A stretch of DNA of 64,000 nucleotides, taken from contig CBDFJF010000001.1 of NCBI GenBank assembly GCA_965248265.1, forward strand, positions 2,464,001 to 2,528,000. The letters run 5' to 3'. Source of the stretch: Candidatus Latescibacterota bacterium (GTDB taxonomy: Bacteria; Latescibacterota; UBA2968; UBA8231). This document shows positions 30,103 through 39,429 of the stretch, piece by piece; position 1 is the stretch's first letter; each line of letters opens with the position of its first letter. Made by a program: the position numbers and the translations under genes. The notes beneath the pieces were generated by a model. It saw only the letters and a program-made list of their open reading frames with translations, was not told the DNA's origin and did not search any database.

Positions 30103-33100
30103 ATGGCCAGACTGCGCAGGGTAACCCGCGCACTCGCGCTCGCATTTATAGCTTCGCTGGTCCTCCCAAGCCTTGTCGAGGCACAGGATATCGTCTCCTC
30201 GCAGTTGCGCCAGGGGTTTGGCAAGAACAAGGTGCGCTACAAGGATTTCGATTGGCACTATGTAGAGTCCGAACACCTGGAACTGTACTACGAACCTGAG
30301 TTTGAGTACCTGGCGGATCAGGCCGTTCAGATTCTGGAAGAGGCCTACGACCACATCAGCGATATCATGCGCCACGAGCTGTCGGCGAAACCACCGATTA
30401 TAATCTTCAAGTCCCACTACGAATTTCAGCAGACCAATATCATCCACAGTTTTCTGCCGCCAGGAGTGGCCGGATTCGCCGAACCGCTGCGCTACCGGAT
30501 GGTGATTCCATTCGATGGCGATCTGGACGAATTCCGCAACGTGCTGACCCACGAGTTGATGCACATTTTCGAGTACGATGTCGTCAACCGCGGTCCGGTC
30601 AAACGCATCTCCAACCCGATCGCCAGTCCGCCTACTTGGATCATGGAGGGCATGGCCGAGTACGCGACGGAGGGCATGAACACGGTTGATGAAATGGTCC
30701 TGCGGGACGCAGTACTCACGGATGAGCTGTTGCCATTGCGCGTCATGGACTCCAGCTGGAATTACCTCCCCAACCCCTTCCTGGCCTACAAGCAGTCCCA
30801 CAGCTTGATGAATTACATCGCCGACAATTACGGACCGGAAAAAATCGGACGGATCCTGCGGGTGTGGGACGCTCAGACGAGCACGGACAAGCTGTTGGAG
30901 CGGCTCATCGACCTCGACATGCGGACACTCTACGAGCGCTGGTCCGCTCAGATGCGCAAAACATACTGGCCGCTGTTGCAGAGCAGAGATTACCTCTCGG
31001 AGCTGGCAACTCCGGTCGTTCACAGCGAGGACATGCAGGCCGTTCAGATGTCCCCACGGTGGTCCATCAGCGGTGATATGTTGGCCGTGCTGTCGACGGA
31101 TGGCGTCGAGAATCATGTCGACATCATTCGCCTGCGCAATGGCAGCTTGATCGAACGCGTCACCGGCCGCATGCGGACGACCGACTTCGACGATCTAACC
31201 ATGGGGCCGGGCACGGTGTCATGGGCACCGGATGGGCACACCATCGCCTTCGTTGCCAAGGACGGACCCGAGGACATTATCCTGCTGTGGGACCTCTACA
31301 ACAAGGAGCTGGGCAGCAGGTTCAAGTTCGACGGTCTGGAGGTCATCGAGGCGCTTGCCTGGTCACCGGACAGCCGCCGGCTGGCTTTCGCCGGCACCGG
31401 TTTCGGCCAACGCGACATTTACATCGCGGACATTTCCACGGGTGCACTGACTCAGGTGACCGGCACGCCACAGCGCGATGACTACCCGGCCTGGGCACCC
31501 GATGGCAGCGGCATCGCCTTCAGCTCGAAGAGCCACGGCCAGTTCGACATCAAGCTGTATGACCTCGAGTCGAGGCGGACCCGTTCCCTGGTCTCCAGTC
31601 CCACAGATGACCTGTGGCCGATATGGTTGCCGGAGGGCAACAAGATCGTCTTCGTATCCACTCGCGAGCGCATCAACGACCTGTTCGTCTACCACCTCGA
31701 AGAGAACAGGGAGTACCGCCTGACCCGCACCATCAGCGGGGTCATCGATCCGACACTGTCACCGGATGGCTCGCAAATCGTGCTGTCGACCTACTACCAT
31801 GGCAGGCGAGTCATCTACCGCATGGATATGCCCGAATGGCCGGAGGTCAAACACCAGAATGAAATCCTCGCGGCGCGAGCCCGGGATGCTCAACCCAGGT
31901 CGAAGACCAAAGCCGATACCTCCTCCGCTGAACTGGTGACAACGGCTTCACCCTCTGCGCTTGTCGCCATGGCCGAGGAACGCGTGGAGGACGTCGTCGA
32001 AAAACTTAGCCCCACCACGGCCACGGGACGCAGCGCCAACGCCGTCAAACTTGCGCAAGCCTCCCGGCCGTTTGGCCAGTTCGAGGAGACGGCTTCGACA
32101 GCCGACCGCGTAGAAGATGCCATCGCCGGAGACTCGACGCCGTCTGTAGTAGGCCCTCAGGGTGACGAAGATCTCGAGCTGATCAGCAGTCTTCCACGTC
32201 GTCGCTACACACCCGAACTCGAGTTCGACGGCATGGCCGTCCAGATGGGGTACTACAACGGCTTCCTGTCAGGTATCGCTCAGTTGAGCATGAGCGATCT
32301 GCTGGGCAACCACTCCCTGTCCATGTTCACCGACTACATCGGATCCAACGAGGTCAACAACGACCTCACCTTCGCCGCCGCCTACACCTACTACGGCCAG
32401 CGACCGACCTACAACGTGATGCTGTTCAACTGGAACCAGTACTTCAATGACCCGGAGGACCGGATCTTCCGCTACCGGGATCAGCTCACTCGTGGCCTGG
32501 TGCGCAGCCGTCAAGCTGGCTTGCTCTTCGATGTCGGTTACCCTCTCGATGTATATCGCCGTATCGAGTTGAGCTACAGCTTCGTGGACGAACAACGAGA
32601 GGTGGCCTGGCCGGAGGTGTTGCCGATGGAGAGCTTCACTACCCACCTCTTCAAAGCCGCCTACGTTCACGACTCGTTGAGCAATGGCCTGCTTGGCGCG
32701 ACCGCCGGAAGGCGCTACTACCTTTCCGTGGGCCGCACGGCCGTGTTCAACGACAGTGACCGCTCGCTGTCCCACCTGGAGGCGGACTATCGCCACTACT
32801 TCCGCCTGGGGCGATGGTCCGTGTTCGGCCTGCGCACCGTTGGGATCGGTTCGCTTGGACGAGACGGGTTGGAATACAACCTTGGTGGACCCGCATGGTT
32901 CATTCCGTTTTCGCCGGGATTCAACCTCAACGTGGGACCACTGCGGGGGTTTGAGTTCTCCGAATTTTCCGGTTCGCGACTTCTACTCGTGAACAGCGAG
33001 ATCAGGGTACCGTTCATCCGCAATATCGTCTTCGGCTGGCCAGGGACCTTCGCCATTCCGGCAGTGGATGGCAGTTTCTTTTTGGATGTTGGGACGGCCT

Positions 33101-33312
33101 GGAATGAGGGCGACGAACTCGACCTGTCGTTTCACAACCCACGCTACGGATTCAGTCCAAAAGATAAGACGAAGAGACTGCATGCCGGCTTCGGCTTCGG
33201 CATGCTGGTCTATTTCCTCGCGCCGCTGAACTTTGAGTTTGCCCGCCAGACCGACTTCCAGGGCAATTCCTCCGATTGGAACATGCACTTCAGCTTCGGT
33301 AAGAGCTTCTGA
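30103..33312 (+). CDS. Omp85-family protein with N-terminal HExxH peptidase-like domain and PD40/TolB-like beta-propeller
   Basis: Signal peptide, FGKNKVRY, THELMH...WIMEGMAEY, repeated WSPD/WAPDG units, barrel with LRGF and terminal aromatic residue (FSFGKSF). Confidence 0.85.
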   Translation: MARLRRVTRALALAFIASLVLPSLVEAQDIVSSQLRQGFGKNKVRYKDFDWHYVESEHLELYYEPEFEYLADQAVQILEEAYDHISDIMRHELSAKPPIIIFKSHYEFQQTNIIHSFLPPGVAGFAEPLRYRMVIPFDGDLDEFRNVLTHELMHIFEYDVVNRGPVKRISNPIASPPTWIMEGMAEYATEGMNTVDEMVLRDAVLTDELLPLRVMDSSWNYLPNPFLAYKQSHSLMNYIADNYGPEKIGRILRVWDAQTSTDKLLERLIDLDMRTLYERWSAQMRKTYWPLLQSRDYLSELATPVVHSEDMQAVQMSPRWSISGDMLAVLSTDGVENHVDIIRLRNGSLIERVTGRMRTTDFDDLTMGPGTVSWAPDGHTIAFVAKDGPEDIILLWDLYNKELGSRFKFDGLEVIEALAWSPDSRRLAFAGTGFGQRDIYIADISTGALTQVTGTPQRDDYPAWAPDGSGIAFSSKSHGQFDIKLYDLESRRTRSLVSSPTDDLWPIWLPEGNKIVFVSTRERINDLFVYHLEENREYRLTRTISGVIDPTLSPDGSQIVLSTYYHGRRVIYRMDMPEWPEVKHQNEILAARARDAQPRSKTKADTSSAELVTTASPSALVAMAEERVEDVVEKLSPTTATGRSANAVKLAQASRPFGQFEETASTADRVEDAIAGDSTPSVVGPQGDEDLELISSLPRRRYTPELEFDGMAVQMGYYNGFLSGIAQLSMSDLLGNHSLSMFTDYIGSNEVNNDLTFAAAYTYYGQRPTYNVMLFNWNQYFNDPEDRIFRYRDQLTRGLVRSRQAGLLFDVGYPLDVYRRIELSYSFVDEQREVAWPEVLPMESFTTHLFKAAYVHDSLSNGLLGATAGRRYYLSVGRTAVFNDSDRSLSHLEADYRHYFRLGRWSVFGLRTVGIGSLGRDGLEYNLGGPAWFIPFSPGFNLNVGPLRGFEFSEFSGSRLLLVNSEIRVPFIRNIVFGWPGTFAIPAVDGSFFLDVGTAWNEGDELDLSFHNPRYGFSPKDKTKRLHAGFGFGMLVYFLAPLNFEFARQTDFQGNSSDWNMHFSFGKSF

Positions 33313-33313
33313 G

Positions 33314-34060
33314 GTGGTCACCGCGATCACCCTGAGCCGCGATCGCTGGGCTCATCCGGTTCGACCTTTGGTTCTGGCCCTGGGTATTCTGGTCGGAAGC
33401 TACGGGTGTGGGGGGCCAGGAGTTTCGGGAGACTTCAAACTGGTGCATTTTGAGGCGCCGTCCAATCCCGACGCCAAACTCAGAGAAATACTGGACTCGG
33501 TGGAGACGATTGGCGTTGTCTCGGCGACGAACGTGGAGCCCCTGCAGGGACTGGATACAGAGAAGGTGATGGGGCGCTTGACGGACGCCACCGCCAGCAG
33601 CCTGCGCCAATTGCCCGATCGCCGTATCGTCACCAACGACGAAATCCGCTGGCATTTCAGGGGAGTCGTATTCGATTCGGCCTCCGTCCACTCACCTGAA
33701 ACACGAGCGGCCCTGCGGCAGGAAATGGATATCGATGCCGTGGTCCTGGTAACCTTGAAGAGCTTCGAGGCTCAGATGACCACGGTGACGCCAACCCAGT
33801 ACGGACTGACTCCGGCTGCGGGAATGAACATTTCCGTTGATCTCAAGCTGAGCCTGATCAACCTCGTCACCGGGTTGTCGTGGAGTCACACCGGTCGCCA
33901 GCGGGAATGGAAGCCGATGCAGGGGCAGCTGGTGGGTGGGTCCAATCGCATGGAACAGCAGCTGTTGACGGCGTTGGGGCAGCCGTTGAGGCACTTCCTG
34001 TCACGGGTTGCCCCACCTCCCAGCGTCGAGGATCGCCATTTTGATCTAAGCGGCGAGTGA
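33314..34060 (+). CDS. Hypothetical lipoprotein
   Basis: Lipobox-like GSYGC after a hydrophobic stretch; immediately follows the Omp85 gene. GTG start inferred. Confidence 0.7.
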   Translation: MVTAITLSRDRWAHPVRPLVLALGILVGSYGCGGPGVSGDFKLVHFEAPSNPDAKLREILDSVETIGVVSATNVEPLQGLDTEKVMGRLTDATASSLRQLPDRRIVTNDEIRWHFRGVVFDSASVHSPETRAALRQEMDIDAVVLVTLKSFEAQMTTVTPTQYGLTPAAGMNISVDLKLSLINLVTGLSWSHTGRQREWKPMQGQLVGGSNRMEQQLLTALGQPLRHFLSRVAPPPSVEDRHFDLSGE

Positions 34061-34173
34061 GGGGCGAGGATCGCCATTTTGATCTAAGCGGCGAGTGAGG
34101 GGCGAGGATCGCCATTTTGATCTAGCGGCGAATGAGGGGCGAGGATCGCCATTTCGATCTGAGCGGGGAATAA
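34027..34173 (+). repeat. Tandem repeat, 38-bp unit x ~4, duplicating the 3' end of the upstream gene
   Basis: CGAGGATCGCCATTTTGATCTAAGCGGCGAGTGAGGGG at 34027 and 34065 (identical), 34103 (37 bp variant) and 34140 (diverged, partial); no spacers. Confidence 0.95.
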
Positions 34174-34207
34174 AAAAGGATGGCGTCGATCGAATCGACT
34201 ACCATCC
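34172..34207 (-). terminator. Intrinsic terminator for the minus-strand operon
   Basis: Minus strand reads GGATGGTAGTCGAT-TCG-ATCGACGCCATCC-TTTTTT. Confidence 0.65.
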
Positions 34208-34253
34208 AGTTGTGATCATCCACTTACTTGGTGGAGTGCAGCGTCCGATGTAC

Positions 34254-34973
34254 TCAGCGCCGCTGCTTTTTCGGTGTCACACTCTTCTTCTTTTCTTTGC
34301 TGGAATCGTCACTCGACGAGCTCTTTTCGGCCGTGGTGCTGGTGGGCCGTCGCGTAGTCGTGGGTGCCTGCGTGCTTCTCTGAACAGAGGTTGAGGGTCG
34401 TCGGGTTACTGCTGGCGCGGCCCGCTGGCGACTCTCCTGACGCTGTTGCCAAACTTCCTGCTCTACCCGTTCCTGCTCCTGCTGCAGCACCGGATCAGGT
34501 GGTTCGTATTGGGTGGCTGGAGTATTATTGAGCCTGGCTGCGGCGCGCAGGTGGTCAATCTCATCGCGCGTTACAAGTTCATACCCGGGGGGTACATAGG
34601 TGCCATACGCTCCCGAGTAGTAGGGATCGTATCCGTACCCGACGGGTCCGGCTCCCGGATAGTAGCCACCGTATCCATAATTGCCAAAGAGCCCACTGCG
34701 CGAATCGAAGCCAAAAATCGGCGTGCCGTAGCCGCCATAGGCGCCCCCGTACGGTGCGACACCGGAATAACCGCGGTAAGGATCATCGTAGGGATCGTCA
34801 AACCTCCCGACGCTGGGAGCCAGGATCTCGTCCGAGTCGGCGTATGTGGCGTACTGAGGCTCGGAATAGAACTTTGAAGCAGTCACCGGTCCCTTCAGTG
34901 CGGTGTAGCAACCGCCGCCCAGCATTGCGGGCAGGATCGCGACCAAGCACAACTGCCGATGCTTGATTTTCAT
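34254..34973 (-). CDS. Tyr/Gly-rich low-complexity lipoprotein
   Basis: GGAGG RBS, signal ending GGGC-YT, YG-rich middle, Ser/Thr/Lys-rich tail. Confidence 0.75.
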   Translation of the reverse strand: MKIKHRQLCLVAILPAMLGGGCYTALKGPVTASKFYSEPQYATYADSDEILAPSVGRFDDPYDDPYRGYSGVAPYGGAYGGYGTPIFGFDSRSGLFGNYGYGGYYPGAGPVGYGYDPYYSGAYGTYVPPGYELVTRDEIDHLRAAARLNNTPATQYEPPDPVLQQEQERVEQEVWQQRQESRQRAAPAVTRRPSTSVQRSTQAPTTTRRPTSTTAEKSSSSDDSSKEKKKSVTPKKQRR

Positions 34974-35107
34974 CACACACAACCTCCACTGATTCAATGA
35001 CTTACACCGGACGCACACGATCTACAGTTGCATCCCTGGTACTTACCATACGAACTGATGGTGCTCCCAGCAAGCTCCCCTGATCCAGACCCGTAAACGA
35101 GTTTTCA

Positions 35108-36472
35108 TCAAAAACTATAGGTGAGACCGAAGAAGGCCCTGGTCACCGTTGTACTTTCCTCTAGCAGACCCTCCTTTACTTCGAAGGTTCCGCGGATCAA
35201 GGCAACGTCCGCCCGGACTGCCTCCTCGAGCAACAAGCCGGCGCCCATCGTAAAGAAACGACGATCCTGTTTGGCGACGATGAGCGGATTGCTGACCGGG
35301 TCCATCGCCAGGTCCGGGTCCCTGGGTCCGACGAACGGGAGGGGATCGGTGTAGAACCCGGCCCGCAGATCGAGTGCTACCGTGGGAACCTGATACTCCA
35401 CGCCGAAATGGTAGCGAGTTACGTCACGGTACTGATTCTCGAACGAAGCATTGGCTCGCAGGTCGTTTTCATCCTCCCCCTGGTATTCACTCTGCGACCA
35501 CTCGCTGAAATGGACGCTGGCGGCCACCAACACATCGTCCGTCGCCCTCACGGACCCGCCGGCGCCGAATTCGAGCGGCAGCGAGACCTTGTAGTTGTTC
35601 CGTATCGTTTCCACCTCAACGGAGGTGCAACTGCCGTCGTCTTCGATGACGACGTCCCTGCACACCGTGCCGTCGTCGTACTCTACCAGATTGTACCCGT
35701 TCGCCGCAGGAATGCCTTTGAAGCGATAGGCGATGGTGTGTGTCGGTCCGGTTGCCAAGGTGAACCCGAAGCGAAATTGAGGATCATCGCGAGGGGTGCG
35801 CACCAGCAGGCCCAACTTGGCGTTGAACGCCGCCTCGTACTCGTCATTGAAGGTCTCTCGCGCGGTCCATCGTTTTTGAAAAGCCAAATCCTCGACATCG
35901 TTGAAGATGAACTCCTGAAAATTCTCGTTCTCACCGCTGATGAGGTTCAGGGCAAGCCCGAGCGACACGGAGGGCGCCACGTCGATGGCGGCTGCCAGCG
36001 TGGTCATGGTGAGTTCACCCTCGTTGGTGAAGGTGTTATCGGTCCCCAGGCTGTCAGCGACACTAAAACCACCAATGCGAAGGGTGGAATCGAAGTCCTT
36101 GACCGGATTGAACCCCGCGGCAAGAACCAGGCTGCCGCGGTAAACGGGGTATGGGTAGACGAATCCGAGCGAACCGAATCGTGTGTTGCTCAAGTCGCTC
36201 TTGGCGGTGATGCCGCTCTGGTTCGCCTCATTGTCGTAGCTGTTTCGATGGAAGGTTACATAAACCTCCCTCTGGGTCATCTGCGCCAAACCGGCCGGAT
36301 TCCAGTGGACGGCAGTGAAATCGTCCGCGACACCGAGGTAAGCACCTCCCATGCCCATGGCCCGCACTCCGACTCCGGAAAAATGATCGATGGCGCGTTC
36401 CTCCTGAGCCGAAATCCGCACGGCGAGCAGGAACAGGCCTGCAGTGACTAGGGTGGCAGAGACGATGCGCAT
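35108..36472 (-). CDS. FadL/OmpP1-like outer-membrane beta-barrel
   Basis: GVRAMGMGGAYLGVADDFTAVHWNPAGL, LRAGF, terminal YSF; ATGA overlap with the upstream gene. Confidence 0.82.
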   Translation of the reverse strand: MRIVSATLVTAGLFLLAVRISAQEERAIDHFSGVGVRAMGMGGAYLGVADDFTAVHWNPAGLAQMTQREVYVTFHRNSYDNEANQSGITAKSDLSNTRFGSLGFVYPYPVYRGSLVLAAGFNPVKDFDSTLRIGGFSVADSLGTDNTFTNEGELTMTTLAAAIDVAPSVSLGLALNLISGENENFQEFIFNDVEDLAFQKRWTARETFNDEYEAAFNAKLGLLVRTPRDDPQFRFGFTLATGPTHTIAYRFKGIPAANGYNLVEYDDGTVCRDVVIEDDGSCTSVEVETIRNNYKVSLPLEFGAGGSVRATDDVLVAASVHFSEWSQSEYQGEDENDLRANASFENQYRDVTRYHFGVEYQVPTVALDLRAGFYTDPLPFVGPRDPDLAMDPVSNPLIVAKQDRRFFTMGAGLLLEEAVRADVALIRGTFEVKEGLLEESTTVTRAFFGLTYSF

Positions 36473-37284
36473 CAGAACTCCTCCGAATACCTTACCGAGA
36501 GCTCCCGGCTCATATCGGGATCCGGACCGCTGCCATCGGAGTTGCCGTTGCCGAGAACATTCTTGAACACGAATCCGACGCTGATGTTGGGCACGGCCGA
36601 CCAGTAGGCGCCAGCGTTGAGGTAGCCTTTGCCGGAACCTATGGACGTAGCGTCGTTGTCGTTGAAGGCAAAGTCGTACTCGCCTATCACGGCGAGTTCC
36701 TCGTTGATCGTCTTGTCGACTCCTACCCAACCCGACAGGTCTTCGTCGCCATCCTCCCGTTCGCGACTCCAGTTCACGCCGCCGTGCACCCCGAATTGTC
36801 CGAATCCTGAGATATAGTTCTTGCTGCCGGCGATGAAGAAGCCCTTAGATTTTACCTCGTAGCGAACGCCGCCCTCGTAGGGCCCGTACCCCTGAGTCTC
36901 GTAGCCTGCCGTGATCGCGGGAAGCCCGGTGCTCTCCTCGATGACGCGGTAGCGGGCTGTCACCTCAACTCGAGGATGCCAGTCTATGACGTCGTCTCCG
37001 ACCACGTTCACTCCACCGTAGGACAGGCCAATGCTCAGCCGCCGCATGACACCGGCATTGAGCTGCGTCAGCACTCCGCCATCCGGGAAGAGTCGCAGGT
37101 CGATGGCGAAACGTCCCTTGTCTATCAGTCCGGCGGTAGGGCTGTCCACGAGGCGGGTAGGCTCGAGAGCACCCTGGGCCTTGGCCGCGCAACAGGTGAG
37201 CACCGTGAACACGATGCCGCCCAGGCACAGCAAGAGACGGTGCCCCCGAGCGCGAGTGAGACCTCGTCTTCGTCGAACTGCCAT
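36472..37284 (-). CDS. YjbH-like outer-membrane beta-barrel protein
   Basis: Signal peptide, LVDSPTAG, PAITAG, amphipathic strands, terminal F; GAGGAG RBS. Confidence 0.65.
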   Translation of the reverse strand: MAVRRRRGLTRARGHRLLLCLGGIVFTVLTCCAAKAQGALEPTRLVDSPTAGLIDKGRFAIDLRLFPDGGVLTQLNAGVMRRLSIGLSYGGVNVVGDDVIDWHPRVEVTARYRVIEESTGLPAITAGYETQGYGPYEGGVRYEVKSKGFFIAGSKNYISGFGQFGVHGGVNWSREREDGDEDLSGWVGVDKTINEELAVIGEYDFAFNDNDATSIGSGKGYLNAGAYWSAVPNISVGFVFKNVLGNGNSDGSGPDPDMSRELSVRYSEEF

Positions 37285-37360
37285 CAGGTGCGCCTCCTCT
37301 GCGTGCATGCTTCCATTCCCGAACATCCAGTGTTCGTTCGGTATTCGTTCAATAGTTGCC

Positions 37361-37822
37361 TCATGGTCCATAAGCCCACGAGATCCGGCGCTCGTCATCG
37401 GCGATCTGTTCGAGCTCGATATCCCAGCGCGGCTGGGGTAGCAAGTCGGCACCACGCTCAGCCCATTCGAAGAGACTTATGCCCCCAGCTCCTATATAGT
37501 CTTCCAGGCCAAGGTCGACCAGTTCCGCCGCATCCGCGAGTCGGTACAGATCAAAGTGGTACACCGGTATCTGTGTGGCTGCGATTCTGCCGTAGTACTC
37601 GTTGACGAGGATGAAGGTGGGACTGTTGACCACATCCTCGACGTGAAGGCCCTGGCAGATGCCCTGTATCAGGCAGGTCTTGCCGGCTCCGAGATCACCC
37701 TGCAGGGCCAACACGTCGCCGGGCTGCAACAACGAAGCCAGCTCCGCACCCAGTGCCCGTGTTTGTTGCGCAGACCTCGTGATCACAGATCGGCTCATCT
37801 GTGATCGTGTGACTATCTCCAT
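37361..37822 (-). CDS. tsaE: tRNA t6A biosynthesis ATPase TsaE
   Basis: LQGDLGAGKT, VNSPTF, YHFDLYRL, EWAE. Confidence 0.95.
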   Translation of the reverse strand: MEIVTRSQMSRSVITRSAQQTRALGAELASLLQPGDVLALQGDLGAGKTCLIQGICQGLHVEDVVNSPTFILVNEYYGRIAATQIPVYHFDLYRLADAAELVDLGLEDYIGAGGISLFEWAERGADLLPQPRWDIELEQIADDERRISWAYGP

Positions 37823-37832
37823 GTTGCCGTCT

Positions 37833-39401
37833 CTACCGGGGTTCCATGGTTACGACGGGAAGAATCACTTCGTCCAGGGAGATGCCCCCGTGTTGAAAAC
37901 TGTCCTTGTACTGGCGTTGGTACTCGTTGAAATTGGTGGGATACACGAAATAGAAGTCTTCCTTGGCGATAATATAGTTCGATCCCAAGCCGCTCGCGGG
38001 CAAACCAAAGTCCCCAGGGTTCGTGATCATTATTGCCTCCTTGGTGTCACAACGCAGGTTCTTGCCGTGCTTGTAGCGCAGACTCGTCGAGGTCTGGCGA
38101 TCACCGCGCACCATGGATGCCCGTGTTCCCTTTATCGCACCGTGATCCGTCGTCAGCACCACGACGGCGTCCGATCGGTGGATTTTCTTCAGGGTCTCGA
38201 ACAGGGCTGAATTCTCGAACCATGAGTGGACCAGAGAGCGGAAGCCCTTCTCGTCGGGCGCAATTTCACGCAGCAGATTCGAATGCGAGCGACCGTGGAC
38301 GAGCATGTCCAGGAAGTTATAGACGATCGAGACCAGCGGCACCGACCGCAGGGAATCGATCTTGCGCGCCAAATTCTGTCCATCAGCGGCAGTAACCACC
38401 TTCATGTACTGGGATTCCCCTTTGAGCTCGATTCCCATGTCGGCGATCTGGTCATCGATGAACAAATGCTCATGCTGGTTCAGACTGTGCTCGTCTTCCT
38501 TGCCACCGGTTGACCACTTGTCCTTGTACTTGGCGGCAATCTCCGCAGGGAACAATCCACTGAAAATGGCATTGCGCGAGTATGGTGTAGCCGTCGGCAG
38601 CACCGAGTAGTGGTAGGAGCGCTTGACGTTGAAGTATTCGGAGGCCAGGGACTCTATCATCATCCAGTGGTCCAACCTGAGACAGTCGACGACGATGAAG
38701 AACACCTGGCGTCCCTGCTCCAGATGGGGAGCCACACTCTCAGACACCACATCCACGGACAGAGGGGGCGAATCCTGCTCCTCTTTAACCCAGTTGGGAT
38801 AGTTCTGTTGGATGAAACGACCGAACTCCAGATTACATTCCCGTTTCTGGTCTTCGATCATCTGGTGTAATCCCTGATCACCGAGTTGGCTGATCTCGAT
38901 GTCCCACTCGCACAACACTCGATGGATGTCGATCCAGGTCTGCCAGTTAGAATCCGCGCCGTGGAGCCACTCCCGTATCTGGCTCGCTTTGGACACGTAG
39001 GCCGGACCGGCCTGACTTTGCCTGATCTGGCGTCCGTCCAGGATTCTCTTGCACGCCATGAATATCTGGCTCGGATTGACTGGCTTGGTCAGATAGTCGT
39101 CGATGCGCTTGCCGATGGCCTCGTCCATCAGGTGCTCTTCTTCACTCTTCGTGATCATGATAACGGGGACATTCGGATCGGCCTCTTTCAGCTGCTCCAG
39201 AGTCGCCAGTCCATCCAGACCGGGCATCATCTCGTCCAGCAGCACGATGTCGAAGTTCTCCTTCTGGGCCAGGGCGATGGCATCCTCCCCGTTGTTGACA
39301 GGGGTTACATCGTACCCCCGCTCACTCAGGTACATGTGGTGAGAGCGCAGGAGATCGATCTCGTCGTCGGCCCACAGTACTCGTTTGTTATGCGATTCCA
39401 T
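37833..39401 (-). CDS. PorX-like response regulator (REC + PglZ/alkaline-phosphatase-like domain)
   Basis: LWADDEIDLL, LLDEMMPG, MITKSEEE, YLTKPVNP; VVDCLRLDHW, LPTATPYSRNAIFSG, TTDHG, FQHGGIS. Confidence 0.9.
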   Translation of the reverse strand: MESHNKRVLWADDEIDLLRSHHMYLSERGYDVTPVNNGEDAIALAQKENFDIVLLDEMMPGLDGLATLEQLKEADPNVPVIMITKSEEEHLMDEAIGKRIDDYLTKPVNPSQIFMACKRILDGRQIRQSQAGPAYVSKASQIREWLHGADSNWQTWIDIHRVLCEWDIEISQLGDQGLHQMIEDQKRECNLEFGRFIQQNYPNWVKEEQDSPPLSVDVVSESVAPHLEQGRQVFFIVVDCLRLDHWMMIESLASEYFNVKRSYHYSVLPTATPYSRNAIFSGLFPAEIAAKYKDKWSTGGKEDEHSLNQHEHLFIDDQIADMGIELKGESQYMKVVTAADGQNLARKIDSLRSVPLVSIVYNFLDMLVHGRSHSNLLREIAPDEKGFRSLVHSWFENSALFETLKKIHRSDAVVVLTTDHGAIKGTRASMVRGDRQTSTSLRYKHGKNLRCDTKEAIMITNPGDFGLPASGLGSNYIIAKEDFYFVYPTNFNEYQRQYKDSFQHGGISLDEVILPVVTMEPR

Positions 39402-39429
39402 GCGTGTGCGTCATTCCTCTCTGTCGGTT

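Noticed and set aside
29914-31116. 400-aa minus-strand ORF (likewise 46748-47851, 56303-57379 and 35408-36451)
   Set aside because: Antisense shadows of recognisable genes, with no RBS or domain evidence.
34027-34173. Possible CRISPR array (repeat length about 37-38 bp)
   Set aside because: The units are directly adjacent with no unique spacers, the unit is coding sequence of the upstream gene, and there are no cas genes.
37833-39401. PglZ domain as part of a BREX defence system
   Set aside because: It is fused to a receiver domain in PorX architecture, and no brxC, pglX or brxL genes are nearby.
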